Shown here: positions 41,631 through 52,894 of the stretch, piece by piece
Layout: every line of letters starts with the position of its first letter
How positions within the stretch are numbered: position 1 is the stretch's first letter
From: an uncultured Gemmatimonadaceae bacterium
GTDB lineage: Bacteria > Gemmatimonadota > Gemmatimonadetes > Gemmatimonadales > Gemmatimonadaceae
Direction: 5' to 3'
Assembly (NCBI GenBank): GCA_963843845.1
Contig: CAWJMB010000001.1
Location: forward strand, 130,043 to 194,042
Length of the DNA stretch: 64,000 nt
Translations under genes and position numbers: made by a program
Notes under the pieces: model-generated
Database searches by the model: none
Told to the model about the DNA's origin: nothing
What the model saw: the letters and a program-made list of their open reading frames with translations, nothing else

Positions 41631-41849
41631 TCAGCCCCGCCGCTGCTCGCCGAGATCGGCCTCCCCGAGCAGCTGCGCCACCCGCAATCGTCGTCGCCGC
41701 TCCGGACCGTCGGGCTCCGCACTCATCGGCCCCGCGATCTCGTCGATGTCCTCCGGGAGCACGACGGCGACGATTCGACGCCCGTCGTCGAGCGTCTGCT
41801 CGAAGAGGTACGTCCCGTCGGGGGTGTGCGTGTGGGTGATGTCGGTCAT
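41631..41849 (-). CDS. Small hypothetical protein (72 aa)
   Basis: Starts 3 bp after the MFS stop; plausible composition (YLFEQTLDDGRRIVAVVLPED). Confidence 0.55.
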   Translation of the reverse strand: MTDITHTHTPDGTYLFEQTLDDGRRIVAVVLPEDIDEIAGPMSAEPDGPERRRRLRVAQLLGEADLGEQRRG

Positions 41850-41852
41850 CGG

Positions 41853-43170
41853 TCAGCGCACGGTCGCGAGATCGGTGCCGCGCGTCTCGCCGGCGCGCCA
41901 GAGCGCGACGAGGCCGGGAACGGCCATCGCGCGCCGCGTAGATCGAGACCGCGAGCGTCGTTCCGAAGCGGTCGAGCAGCGCGACGCCGATGAGTGGCGC
42001 GACGGCGCCCGCGCCCACGGTCGCGAGCTGATAGCCGACGCTGAAGCCGGTGTAGCGCGCGGCCGTCGGGAACAGCTCGACGAAGAACGCCGACATCCCG
42101 CCCACGATGACGCCGTGCACCAGCCCCCCGACCGCCGCGACGAGGAGTACCGCGCCGTCCCCCCCGCCCGCGGTGACGGGGAAGAGCACGAACGCCCACA
42201 CCGCCGCCGCGAGCAGGCCGAGCGCCGTCACCGGCCGGCGGCCGACACGATCGGACAGCGCGCCCGCGAGGAAGATCGCGCCGACCTCGACGGCCGACGA
42301 GATCAGCGTCGCGCCCAACGCGAGCGACCGCGGGCGGTGCAGCACGCGCGTGACGTACACGACGTAGAACGTCGTGAACACGTAGAACAACGCGTTCTCC
42401 CCGGCCTTCACGAAGAGCACGGTCAGCACCTGCCGCCAGTGCGCGGCGAGCGTCGCGCCCAACGACAGGCGCGCGGTCGCCGCCCGCTGCGCGACGTACG
42501 CGACGTAGAGCGGCGACTCCTCGACGGCGCGCCGCACCCAGAAGCCGACCCCGACGAGCAGCCCCGAGGCGATGAACGCGATGCGCCACCCGAACGCCTG
42601 AAAGCGCTCCTCGCCGAGGGTCGCGCCCAACACGGCGAGCGCGCCGGCGGCGAGCAGGTTGCCGACGGCGCCGCCGATCATCGGGAACGCGCTCCAGTAG
42701 CCGCGGCGCTCGGCGCTCAGCGTCTCGGTCGTGAGGAGGAGCGCGCCGCCGACCTCGCCGCCGACGGCGACGCCCTGCGTGAGGCGGAGCAGCACGAGCA
42801 GCAGCGGCGCGGCGACGCCGATCGACGCGTACGTCGGCACGAAGCCGACGGCCACGGTCGCGAGTCCCATGAGCACGAGACTCCAGACGAGCGCCTGCTT
42901 CCGCCCGACGCGATCACCGAGGACCCCGAAGGCGATGCCGCCGAGCGGGCGCGTGACGAAGCCGACCGCGTACGTCATGAGCGCGAGCAACGTCCCGGTG
43001 AGCGCGTCGACCTGCGGGAAGAAGGCGCGGTCGAAGACGAGCGCGGCGGACGACGCGAACACGAAGAAGTCGTACCACTCGATGATGGTGCCGACGGCGC
43101 TCGCGGCGAGCAGGCGGCGGCGGGGGGCCGCGTCCACATCGCGCGCGGCGTGCGCGCGGTCGCGACTCAC
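41853..43170 (-). CDS. MFS metabolite:H+ symporter (MHS family), frameshift near 41935
   Basis: GTIIEWYDFF, RPLGGIAFG..GDRVGRK, QGVAVGGEVGG, ELFPT..RYTG. Confidence 0.9.
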
Positions 43171-45509
43171 GGCGTCGACTCGCGAGACGTGTCGGGGACC
43201 CGCTCGCCGTCGATTCGCGCGGCGCGGCGGACGCGTACCGGGACCGACTTCGAGGTGGGCGTGTTGCTCCGCTCGGCCACGCGGTCGACCGGGACGAGCA
43301 CGTTCGTCTCGGGGAAGTACGCCGCGACGCATCCGCGCGGGATCTCGTACGGAACGACGCGGAACGCGGCCGCGACCCGCTCGACGCCGTCGCACGTGCT
43401 CGTGATGTCGACGGCGGACTCGGGGCGCAGGGCCCGCGCCCGCATGTCGTCGACGTGCATGAACAGCACGCGCCGTCCGCCGTGGATGCCGCGGTAGCGG
43501 TCGTTCGGCGCGTAGACCGTCGTGTTGAACTGGTCGTGACTGCGGACGGTCGTCAGGAGCAACTCGTCGCCGGCGAGCGCGAGCGGCGGGAGGGGGTGCG
43601 CCGTGAACACCGCGCGCCCGCTCGGCGTGTGGAACGTGCGTTCGCGTGCGGCGTTCGGGAGCGTGAAGCCGCCGGGCTCGCGAACGCGCGCGTTGAACCG
43701 CTCGAATCCCGGGACGACGCGCTCGATCGCGTCGCGGATGCGGTCGTAGTGCGCGACGAGTCCTTCCCAGTCCGCGGTGGTGCGCGTGCCCAGCGTCGCG
43801 CGTGCGATGGCGGCGACGATCGCGGGCTCGCTGCGCAGCTCGCTCGACGCCGGCTCGAGCGTGCCCTCCGACGTCTGCACGACGCTCATGGAGTTCTCGG
43901 TCGTGACCAGCTGCGCGACGCCGCCCTGCAGGTCGCGCTCCGAGCGGCCGAGGCAGGGAAGGAGCAGCGCGGCGCGGCCGGCGACGAGGTGCGCACGGTT
44001 CAGCTTCGTCGCGATGTGCACGGTCAGGCGGCAGCGGCGGAGCGCCGTGGCGACGTACTCGGTGTCCGGGGTCGCCTGCAGAAAGTTGCCGCCCAGCGCG
44101 ACGAAGACGTGGACGCGGCCGTCGTGCATCGCGCGGATCGCGTCGACGGTGTCGAGCCCGGGCTCGCGCGGCGGTTCGAACGCGAACTCGCGCGCGAGCG
44201 CGTCGAGGAACGGCGTCGTCGGGCGCTCCCAGATCCCCATCGTGCGATCGCCCTGCACGTTGCTGTGGCCGCGCACCGGACAGAGCCCCGCGCCGCGCGT
44301 GCCGAGCTGGCCGCGCAGCAGGTGGAGGTTCACGACCTCCTGGATGTTCGCGACGGCGTTCGCGTGCTGCGTGAGCCCCATCCCCCAGCAGGAGATGACA
44401 CGCGGCGATCGCGCGAAGACGTCGGCGGCGCGCTCGATCTCGACCCTCGCGACGCCGCTCGCGTCGACGATCTCGCGCCACGAGCGGGTGGCGATCCCGG
44501 CGGCGTAGGCGTCGAAGCCGGTCGTGTGGCGGTCGACGAACGCGCGGTCGACGACGGTGCCGGGTGCGGCGGCCTCGCGCTCGAGCAACGCCTTTCCGAT
44601 TCCCTGCAGCAGGGCGACGTCGCCGTTCACCCGGACGCGCACGTGCATGTCGGCGATCGGGGTGCCCCGGCCCAGCAGATCGCGCACGTCCTGGGGGTGT
44701 GTGAAGCGCCGCGCGCCGGCCTCGACGAGCGGGTTCACGCTCACGATCGTCGCGCCGCGCCGCTTCGCTCGCGCGAGCGTCGTGAGCATCCGCGGGTGGT
44801 TCGTTCCCGGATTCTGCCCGAAGATGACGATCGCGTCGGCCGCGTCGAAGTCGTCGAGCGAGACGGTCCCCTTGCCGACGCCGAGCGTCTCGCCCAACGC
44901 GACGCCGCTCGACTCGTGACACATGTTCGAGCAGTCGGGAAGGTTGTTCGTCCCGAACTGTCGCGCGAACAGCTGCCACAGAAACGCCGCCTCGTTGCTC
45001 GCGCGGCCGGAGGTGTAGAACGCGGCCTCGTCCGGGGTGCCTAACGCGTTCAGCTCGCGGGCGACGAGCGCGACGGCGTCGTCCCAGGATATCGGCGCAT
45101 AGTGCGCCGATCCCTCGCGCAGCACCATCGGTGTCGTGAGCCGTCCCTGCTCGCCGAGCCACTGGTCGCTCCGCTCGGCCAGCTCGGCGATCGAGCGGCG
45201 GGCGAACAGCTCGGGGGTCGCGCGCCGCGTCGTCGCCTCCCACGCGACGGCCTTCGCGCCGTTCTCGCAGAACTCCATCGTGTGGCGGGGTCCCTGCGGG
45301 TCTGGCCACGCGCACGACTGGCAGTCGAAGCCGCCGTCCTGATTCACCGTGCGCAGCGTCGCGACCGTCCGTGCGAGACCCATCTCGCGGCGCGCGTAGG
45401 CGAGGCTCACGAGCACCGCCGGCAGGCCCGCCGCGCCGGTGGACGGCGGCGTCACGCGGATCGCGTCGAGATCTTCGAGCGGAGGCTGGGCGCGGGCGGT
45501 GCGGGACAT
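43167..45509 (-). CDS. FdhF/YdeP family molybdopterin oxidoreductase
   Basis: GFDCQSCAWPD, EFCENGAK, NLPDCSNMCHESSG, RGHSNVQG, RSHDQFNTTVY. Confidence 0.95.
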   Translation of the reverse strand: MSRTARAQPPLEDLDAIRVTPPSTGAAGLPAVLVSLAYARREMGLARTVATLRTVNQDGGFDCQSCAWPDPQGPRHTMEFCENGAKAVAWEATTRRATPELFARRSIAELAERSDQWLGEQGRLTTPMVLREGSAHYAPISWDDAVALVARELNALGTPDEAAFYTSGRASNEAAFLWQLFARQFGTNNLPDCSNMCHESSGVALGETLGVGKGTVSLDDFDAADAIVIFGQNPGTNHPRMLTTLARAKRRGATIVSVNPLVEAGARRFTHPQDVRDLLGRGTPIADMHVRVRVNGDVALLQGIGKALLEREAAAPGTVVDRAFVDRHTTGFDAYAAGIATRSWREIVDASGVARVEIERAADVFARSPRVISCWGMGLTQHANAVANIQEVVNLHLLRGQLGTRGAGLCPVRGHSNVQGDRTMGIWERPTTPFLDALAREFAFEPPREPGLDTVDAIRAMHDGRVHVFVALGGNFLQATPDTEYVATALRRCRLTVHIATKLNRAHLVAGRAALLLPCLGRSERDLQGGVAQLVTTENSMSVVQTSEGTLEPASSELRSEPAIVAAIARATLGTRTTADWEGLVAHYDRIRDAIERVVPGFERFNARVREPGGFTLPNAARERTFHTPSGRAVFTAHPLPPLALAGDELLLTTVRSHDQFNTTVYAPNDRYRGIHGGRRVLFMHVDDMRARALRPESAVDITSTCDGVERVAAAFRVVPYEIPRGCVAAYFPETNVLVPVDRVAERSNTPTSKSVPVRVRRAARIDGERVPDTSRESTP

Positions 45510-46360
45510 GTGCCGTTCGAGAGAGGGGGAGCCGATCGAGCGAACGCCGAGCTGGTGACTCGCGCGCCGCCGGCGTAGACGTTGAACCGGTCGTCTCGCA
45601 CGAAGCCGAGCAGGGTGAGGCCGTACGAGGCGGCGAGCGACACGGCGAGGCTGGACGGCGCGCCGACGGCGGCGAGGAGCGGGATGCCGGCCATGATCGC
45701 CTTCGCCACCAGCTCGTAGCTCGCGCGGCCGCTCACGAGCAGGATGCGGTCGTGCGCGGGCAGCGTGCCGGCGAGGAGCTGCGCGCCGACGACCTTGTCG
45801 ACCGCGTTGTGGCGGCCGACGTCCTCGGCGAGGGTGTGGAGCTCGCCGCTCGCGTCGAACAGCGCGGCCGCGTGCAGACCACCCGTCGAGTCGAAGAGGC
45901 GCTGCGCCTCGCGGAGCCGGGCGGGGAGCGCGTGGATCGTCGACGGCGCGATCGTGAGGCAGGGCACGTCGAGCGGCCAGCGCGGAACGACGCGGAGCGA
46001 CTCGACCGACGTCCTGCCGCAGACGCCGCAGGCGGACGACATCACGCCCGTGCGGCTCAGCGGCGCGAGATCGGCGCTCTCGGCGAGCGCGACGACGATC
46101 GCATCGGCGCCGTCCGACCGCACGCCGACGATCTGCGCGCGGTGGTACACGATCCCTTCCGCCACGAGGTAGCCGACGGCGAGCGCCGCGTCGTCGCCCG
46201 GCGTGCGCATCGTGAGCGACACGGCGCGCGGCTCGGACCGATCCGGCGTCGCCACCCGCAGCTCGAGCGGCGCCTCGACGGCGAGCGTGTCGCCGATCGG
46301 CCGGACCTCGTCGCCAGAGACGCGGTGGATCGCGACGTCCACTGTCCGCTCCCGGGTCAT
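45452..46360 (-). CDS. fdhD: Formate dehydrogenase accessory sulfurtransferase
   Basis: TMRTPG, SSACGVCG, TGGLHAA, EDVGRHNAVDK, SGRASYELV. Confidence 0.95.
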   Translation of the reverse strand: MTRERTVDVAIHRVSGDEVRPIGDTLAVEAPLELRVATPDRSEPRAVSLTMRTPGDDAALAVGYLVAEGIVYHRAQIVGVRSDGADAIVVALAESADLAPLSRTGVMSSACGVCGRTSVESLRVVPRWPLDVPCLTIAPSTIHALPARLREAQRLFDSTGGLHAAALFDASGELHTLAEDVGRHNAVDKVVGAQLLAGTLPAHDRILLVSGRASYELVAKAIMAGIPLLAAVGAPSSLAVSLAASYGLTLLGFVRDDRFNVYAGGARVTSSAFARSAPPLSNGTCPAPPAPSLRSKISTRSA

Positions 46361-47007
46361 CGCGCCGCCTCGGCCGCCTCGGCCGCCTCGGCCGCCTCGG
46401 CCGCCTCGGCGCGCGCGAGATCGGCGGGCGTGTTCACGCTGAGCAACGCCGTCGCGGGGTCACCGAGATGCGCGAGATCGTCGGGCCCCAGCCACGTCGT
46501 TCGCACAGCGTGGGCGAGCGCGCTCGCGCGGCGCACGCCGCCGTCGAGCAGCGCGTCGGCGACCGCGAGGCAGCGGGCGCGGTAGAGCGCGCAGAGCGGC
46601 TCGGGGCCTCCCGGACCGAGCGGCACCACGGCGTCCACGTCGTCCGGCTCGGCGCGTGCACGGAGCTCGGCGAGGAGCGACGGCGAGACGAAGGGCATGT
46701 CCCACGCGACGACGAGCACGTCGCGATCCGCGGGCGCCGCGTGCGCGAGCGCGGCGTGCGCGAGCGCCGCGTGCACCCCGCCCAGCGCGCCGCAGCCGAC
46801 ACGGACGTCGGAGACGACCCGCGCGCTCCGAGGCCAGCCGGCACCGCTGGACCCGTTCGTCACGACCAGCAGCGCATCGCACGCGGTGCCTAACGCCTCC
46901 GCGACACGGTCGACGATGCGGCGCCCGCCGACGGTCGCGAACCCTTTGGGCGCGCCGCCGAAGCGCGACGCGTGCCCGCCGGCGAGGATCGCGCCCGTGA
47001 GCGGCAT
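46357..47007 (-). CDS. mobA: Molybdenum cofactor guanylyltransferase
   Basis: ILAGG.ASRFGG.PK, DMPF, EPLCALY, VNTPADL; C-terminal (AEA)n from a 9-bp repeat. Confidence 0.9.
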   Translation of the reverse strand: MPLTGAILAGGHASRFGGAPKGFATVGGRRIVDRVAEALGTACDALLVVTNGSSGAGWPRSARVVSDVRVGCGALGGVHAALAHAALAHAAPADRDVLVVAWDMPFVSPSLLAELRARAEPDDVDAVVPLGPGGPEPLCALYRARCLAVADALLDGGVRRASALAHAVRTTWLGPDDLAHLGDPATALLSVNTPADLARAEAAEAAEAAEAAEAAR

Positions 47008-47010
47008 GCG

Positions 47011-49459
47011 TCAGGCGGCGGACGGGGAGGGGGTCGCGCGCGCGGCCCACGGTGCCTCGTGGCGGCAGGCCGGGTGCTTCGCGCAGCGCCACACGGCCTC
47101 GGGGGGCGCCGCGCGCGCGTCCGGGGTGACCCACCGCTCGACGACGATCCCGCCACACGACGGGCAGGGCTCGCGCCGCCGCCGCGCGCCGACGGTGAGC
47201 CGAAACCCGCACGCGCGGTCGCGGCACGCGTAGAACGGCGTGCCGCCGCCGGCCGCCGAGGGCGTCAGCACGTCGAGGCGCGCGGCCGAGCACTTCGGGC
47301 ATGTCCTGTCCGTGTCGGCGCGCGTCCAGGCGGGCGCGGTGACCGGTGCAGTGATCGGCGCCGCGTGCGGGATCCCGGCGCCCACGGGCGTGGCGTTCGG
47401 CGCCGGCGTGCGCTCCGCGTAGCCACACGGGTTCGTCTCCGCGCCGTAGCGCACGCACCCCCAGAACGGTGCCTTCTTCGCGATCTTCTTCTCGATGAGC
47501 GCCGAACCGCAGGTGGGGCAGGCGGCGGGGCGGACCTTCGCGCGGACGTCGCGCGTCATGCGGCAGGCGGGGCAGGCGAGAAAGCTTCCCTTGCCCGTCC
47601 GGCGCGCGATCTTGCGATAGGTCGCCTCGCCGCAGCGGTCACACGTCGTCTTCGTGTCCTCGCCGCGCGCGCCCTCGGCGCTGCGCCGCGATCGCAGGCC
47701 GTGCGTGGCCCGGTACGCCGCGCCCAACGGCTGCGCGCGCGCCATCGCCGCGCGGAACGCGTCGTACCACTCGCGGAGGTACGTCGGACGCGTCGCCTCA
47801 CCGCGCTCGATGGCGTCGAGCTGCGACTCCATCTCCGCCGTGTAGTGCTCGGTGACGAGCTCGGGGAACGTGTGCGACAGGAGTCCGTCGACCTGAAGGC
47901 CGAACTCGGTCGGCTGCAGGAACTTCTTGCCGCGCCCCGCGTCGAGCTCGCGCGCGTAGTCGCGGTCGAGCAGCGTCGCGATGATGCTCGCGAACGTCGC
48001 CGGGCGCCCGACGCCCGATGTCTCGAGCTTCTTGATGAGCGCGCCCTGGTCGTAGCGCGACGGCGGCGTCGTCTGCCGCTCGTGCGCCGCGAAGTCGGTC
48101 GGGGCGAGCGTCTGCGCCTGCCGCACCGCGGGCAGCACCACGTCCTCCTGCCGCGTGTATGGCCCCCAGAACACCAGGAAGCCGGGCTCGCGCAGCACCG
48201 CGCCTTCGGCCACCCACTCGACCGGGCCGGCGTCGATCCACACCGTCGTGCGGTCGAACGCCGCCGCGCGCGACTGCGAGGCCAGGAAGCGGGCGCGGAT
48301 CATCGCGTACAGTGTCTCGGCGTGGGGCGCGCGCAGCTCGCCGAACGCCGCGCGCGTCGTCGCCGTCGAGCTTCGTCGGACGGATCGCCTCGTGCGCGTC
48401 CTGCGCTCCGGCCTTCGCGCGGGCGCGCGGCGCCTGCGCCGGGAGCGCCTCGGGGTGGTGCGCGGCGATGAACCCGCGTGCCATCTCGGCCGCGTCGGGC
48501 GAGACGCGCGGCGAGTCGGTGCGGTGATACGTGATGAGCCCCGCCTCGAACAGCGCCTGCGCCGCGTCCATCGCCTGCTTCGCGGAGAGGCGCAGCTTGC
48601 GGCTCGCATCCTGTTGCAGCGTCGACGTGGTGTACGGGGGCGGCGGCCTCCGCTCGGTGCGGCGCGCGTCGACGCGGCGCACGATGTGCCGATGCCGCCG
48701 CGCCTCGTCGAGCACGCGGTCGGCCTCGTCGCGTGACGCGTACTGCTTCGGGACCAGCCGGCCGCTCCGCTCCGCGCCCCCCTCCTCACCTGGCGCGTCC
48801 GCGCTCGGCGCCGCCTCGTTCGGCGCGTCCTTCGGGTCGGACGGCACGAACGCGGAGAACCCTTCGGCGTAGGTCGTCTCGAGCGTCCAGTAGGTGCGCG
48901 CCGAGAACGCGAGGATCTCCCGCTCGCGCTCGCAGAGGATGTGCAGCGCCGGCGTCTGACAGCGCCCCGCGCTCTGCGCGCCCGCGGGCCAGCAGATCTC
49001 CTTCGAGCAGTCGAAGCCGACGATGCGGTCGAGCACGCGGCGCGATCGCTGGGCATCGACCCGCCGCGCGTCGATCGGGCGGGGGTGCGCGACGGCGTCG
49101 CGTACGGCGCGCTCGGTGATCTCGCGGAACTCGATGCGGCTCGCGGCGCGCGCCGGGAGTCCGAGTCGCCGCGCGAGATGCCACGCGATCGCCTCCCCCT
49201 CGCGGTCGGGGTCGGAGGCGAGGAGCACCTGATCGAAGCGTCCCGCCTTCACCGCGGCCTTCAGCGTCTTCACGATCTCGGCGCCCCTGCCCCGGAGGAC
49301 GTACTGCTCCTCGAGCGTGGCGAGGTCGACGCCATATTCCTTCGGGGGGAGGTCGGCGACGTGGCCGAACGAGGCCTTCACGGTGAACGCGGGACCGAGG
49401 AACCCGGCCAGCTTCTTCGCCTTGTTCGGCGACTCGACGATGACGAGCGTATTCGGCAC
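47011..49459 (-). CDS. topA: Type IA DNA topoisomerase with C-terminal Zn ribbons (frameshift near 48350)
   Basis: LVIVESPNKAK, DPDREGEAI, SAGRCQT, catalytic ITYHRTDS, AHEAIRPT, GVGRPATFASII, YTAEMESQLDAI; four Cys-rich ribbons. Confidence 0.88.
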
Positions 49460-49517
49460 GCTCTGTTCTACCCGGAGATCGGCCCGTCGGGCAAGCGGAT
49501 CACGCACTCAATGTGAC

Positions 49518-50156
49518 ATGGCGATGAGCACGGCAGGCGCGGTCGCGGCATTCGCGGCGGTCGCGTTCGGGATGGCGATCACGCCGGGCCCGAACATGAT
49601 GTACCTCGCGTCTCGCTCGGTCTGCCAGGGGCGAGCCGCGGGGTACATCTCGTTAGGCGGCGTCGCGACGGCGTTCCTCGTCTTCCTCGCGCTCACCGTG
49701 TTCGGCATCACGGCGCTCGCGGTCGCGGTGCCGGTCGCGTACGACGTGCTCCGCTACACCGGCGCGAGCTATCTCGCGTATCTCGCGTGGCAGGCGCTCA
49801 AGCCCGGTGCGCGATCGCCGTTCGAGGTGCGCGAGCTCCCGCCCGACCCGCCTCGCCGCCTGTTCGCGATGGGCTTCCTCACGAATCTGCTGAACCCGAA
49901 GGCCGCGGCGCTGTACGTCTCGCTCCTGCCGCAGTTCATCGATCCGGCGCGCGGGAGCGTCCTCGTGCAGAGCGTGCGGCTCGGCCTCGTGCAGATCGGG
50001 GTGAGCCTCGTCGTGAACGGCACCGTGATCTGGATCGCCGGCGGCATCTCGCGCTTCCTCGCGACGCGGCCGACGTGGGCACGCGTGCAGCGGTACGTCA
50101 TGGGCACCCTGTTGGGCGGCCTCGCGGCGCGCATGGCGCTCGAGGGGCGGCGGTAG
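49518..50156 (+). CDS. LysE/RhtB family exporter
   Basis: ITPGPNM, GASYLAYLAW, GFLTNLLNPK. Confidence 0.93.
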   Translation: MAMSTAGAVAAFAAVAFGMAITPGPNMMYLASRSVCQGRAAGYISLGGVATAFLVFLALTVFGITALAVAVPVAYDVLRYTGASYLAYLAWQALKPGARSPFEVRELPPDPPRRLFAMGFLTNLLNPKAAALYVSLLPQFIDPARGSVLVQSVRLGLVQIGVSLVVNGTVIWIAGGISRFLATRPTWARVQRYVMGTLLGGLAARMALEGRR

Positions 50157-50189
50157 AGACGGGCGCGCGGGACCCCACGACCCGCGCCG

Positions 50190-51704
50190 TCAGACGCCCG
50201 CCGCGGCGTCGACGGGCGTGCGCGCGGGGAGCCGGTGATCCGGCAGGAGCAGCGCGAGCGCGAAGCCGGCCGCGGCCGCGCTCGCGGCGACGACGAACAC
50301 GGTCGACAGCGCGCTCGTGATCGCGCCGACGGTCGCCGCGCGCGCGGCCGGGTCGAGCCGCGCGAGTGCCGCCGGCGTGACGCTCCCGCCGAACGCCGAT
50401 GCGCCGGCGGCGAGCGTGGCGCGGGCGGCGAACACGGTCCCGAGCACCGCCGTGCCCAGCGACCCGCCGACGAGCCGGAACAGCGTGGCCCCCGCCGTGG
50501 CGACGCCGAGGTTCGCGCGGGCGACCGTGTGCTGCACGGCGATGACGAGCACCTGCATGGTGAGGCCGAGGCCGAGGCCGACGACGAGCAGCGTGCCGAG
50601 GAGCATCGAGAGCGGCGTGTCGACGCGGAGTCGCGTGAGGAGCCCGAGGCCGAGCGTCATGACCGCGGTGCCGGCGACCGGGAAGGGGCGATAGCGCCCC
50701 GTGCGGCTGATGAGCTGCCCGGTGACGATCGACGCGACCAGCATCCCGCCCATCATCGGCAGCATGAGCATCCCCGAGCGCGTCGGGCTCGCGCCGGCGA
50801 CGGCCTGCAGGTAGAGCGGCAGATAGGTCACCGATCCGAAGAGTGCGAAGCCGACCACGAACCCCACCCCGGCCGACACGACGAACGTGCGGTCGCGGAA
50901 CAGCGCGAGCGGCAGGACCGGCTCGGCCGCCCGCCGCTCGACGACGACGAACGCGGCCAGCGCCGCGACCGCGGCGGCGATCAGCGTGACCACCGGCGCC
51001 GACGACCAGGCGAGGTGGCGCCCGCCGAGGTCCGTCACGAGCACGGTCGCCGTGAGGACGACCGCGAGCAGCGCCGCGCCGCCGACGTCGACCGTCCGCC
51101 GGGTGCGCTCGCCCGCGTCGGGGAGGGTGACGGCGAGCACGGCGAGCGCGGCGACGCCCAACGGCAGGTTCACGTAGAAGATCCACCGCCACGAGAGGTG
51201 GGTCGTGAAGTATCCGCCGACGAGCGGCCCGACGATGCTGGACGCGCCGAACACGGCGCCGAACAGCCCCTGGTAGCGCCCCCGCTCGCGCCCCGGGATG
51301 ACGTCGCCGACGACGGCCTGCGTGAGCACCATCAGCCCGCCGCCACCGAGCCCCTGACAGGCCCGGAAGACGACGAGCTGCATCATCGACCGACTCTGTC
51401 CGCAGAGCGCCGAGCCGACGAGGAACACGACGACCGCCGTCTGGAGCACGCGCTTGCGCCCGTACAGGTCGCCGAGCTTGCCGTAGAGCGGCGTGACGAC
51501 CGTCTGGGCGAGCAGGTACGCCGTGACGACCCAGCCGAGCCGGTCGACGCCGCCGAACTCGCTGACGACCGTCGGCAGCGCGGTCGCGACGATCGTCGAG
51601 TCGAGCGCGGCGAGCAGGAGGACGAGGAGCAGCCCGCTGACGACGACGAGGCGGCGGCTGCCGACGACGGGGGTCGCCGCGGCGGTCACGGGGGCGGAAG
51701 TCAT
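50190..51704 (-). CDS. MFS drug:H+ antiporter, DHA2/EmrB type
   Basis: ALDSTIVATALP, GKLGDLYGRK, QGLGGGG, WRWIFYVNLP. Confidence 0.93.
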   Translation of the reverse strand: MTSAPVTAAATPVVGSRRLVVVSGLLLVLLLAALDSTIVATALPTVVSEFGGVDRLGWVVTAYLLAQTVVTPLYGKLGDLYGRKRVLQTAVVVFLVGSALCGQSRSMMQLVVFRACQGLGGGGLMVLTQAVVGDVIPGRERGRYQGLFGAVFGASSIVGPLVGGYFTTHLSWRWIFYVNLPLGVAALAVLAVTLPDAGERTRRTVDVGGAALLAVVLTATVLVTDLGGRHLAWSSAPVVTLIAAAVAALAAFVVVERRAAEPVLPLALFRDRTFVVSAGVGFVVGFALFGSVTYLPLYLQAVAGASPTRSGMLMLPMMGGMLVASIVTGQLISRTGRYRPFPVAGTAVMTLGLGLLTRLRVDTPLSMLLGTLLVVGLGLGLTMQVLVIAVQHTVARANLGVATAGATLFRLVGGSLGTAVLGTVFAARATLAAGASAFGGSVTPAALARLDPAARAATVGAITSALSTVFVVAASAAAAGFALALLLPDHRLPARTPVDAAAGV

Positions 51705-51783
51705 GGCGCGCCGCCGGGGCAAGAACGCGACCGCGCAACGTGCGGGGCTGTGCAACGCGCCGCCGACCGGCGATCGTGCACGC

Positions 51784-52824
51784 ATGACGACGACTGCCGA
51801 GTCCATCCACTCGCCGATTGCGCCCGCGTTGCCCGACCTCGCCGAGCTGGAGGACGCCGCGGCGCTCGTGCACGCCGCGATGCCGCCGACGCCGCAGTAC
51901 GTGTGGCCGTTGCTCTCGGCCCGCGTCGGCGCGGAGGTGTGGGTCAAGCACGAGAACCACACCCCGAGCGGCGCCTTCAAGGTGCGCGGCGGCATGGTGT
52001 ACTTCGACCGGCTGCTGCGTCAGGAGCCGCGAGTGCCCGGCGTCGTCACGGCGACGCGCGGCAACCATGGCCAGAGCGTGGGCCTCGCCGCGCGTCACGC
52101 CGGCGTTCCTGCGGTCGTCGTCGTGCCGCGGGGCAACGACGCCGACAAGAACGCGGCGATGCGCGCGCTCGGGGTCGAGCTGATCGAGTCGGGCGACGAC
52201 TTCCAGGCGAGCATCGAGGCCGCCGATGCGATCGCCGCCGAGCGAGGGTGGCACCGCGTGCCGAGCTTTCACCGCGACCTCGTCGCCGGCGTCGGCACGT
52301 ACGCGCTCGAGCTGTTCCGCGCCGCCGCAGCCCTCGACACCGTCTACGTCCCGATCGGGCTCGGCTCGGGCGCCTGCGGCGTGCTCGCGGCGCGGAATGC
52401 GTTGGGCCTCGCGACCGAGGTCATCGGCGTCGTGAGCGCGCACGCGCCGGCGTACGCGCGGTCGCTCGCGAGTGGGCGCGCCGAGTCGCACGCCGCGACG
52501 CCGGTGCTCGCCGACGGCATGGCGTGTCGCACGCCGGTGGCCGAAGCGCTCGCGCTGCTCGCCGGCCCGCGCGGCCTGTCGCGCGTCGTCGAGGTGACCG
52601 ACGCCGAGGTCGCGGCCGCGATGCGCGTGCTGTTCGCGGACACGCACAACGTCGCCGAAGGCGGCGGGGCGGCGTCGCTCGCGGCGCTGTTGCAGGACCG
52701 CGCGCGCGTCCCCGATCGGGTGCTCGGCCGGCGCCTGGCGGTCGTGCTCACGGGGGGGAACGTGAACGCGACGCGCTACGCGCGGGTGCTCGCCGGCGAC
52801 GACGGCGAAGCGGCGCGCGCGTGA
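51784..52824 (+). CDS. PLP-dependent threonine/serine dehydratase
   Basis: KHENHTPSGAFKVRG, TRGNHG, PIGLGSG, ADGMA, EGGGAA, LTGGN. Confidence 0.93.
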   Translation: MTTTAESIHSPIAPALPDLAELEDAAALVHAAMPPTPQYVWPLLSARVGAEVWVKHENHTPSGAFKVRGGMVYFDRLLRQEPRVPGVVTATRGNHGQSVGLAARHAGVPAVVVVPRGNDADKNAAMRALGVELIESGDDFQASIEAADAIAAERGWHRVPSFHRDLVAGVGTYALELFRAAAALDTVYVPIGLGSGACGVLAARNALGLATEVIGVVSAHAPAYARSLASGRAESHAATPVLADGMACRTPVAEALALLAGPRGLSRVVEVTDAEVAAAMRVLFADTHNVAEGGGAASLAALLQDRARVPDRVLGRRLAVVLTGGNVNATRYARVLAGDDGEAARA

Positions 52825-52894
52825 TCGCCGCCGAACGGGCGGGCGAGCGGGCGCGCCGTGCCGGCCTGCGTCGTCACATCATCGGAGGAACGAC

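Noticed and set aside
41233..45315. 1360-aa ORF suggesting a large fusion protein
   Set aside because: Only the 43170-41935 part is a real MFS; the rest is an alternative frame of fdhF plus frameshift read-through.
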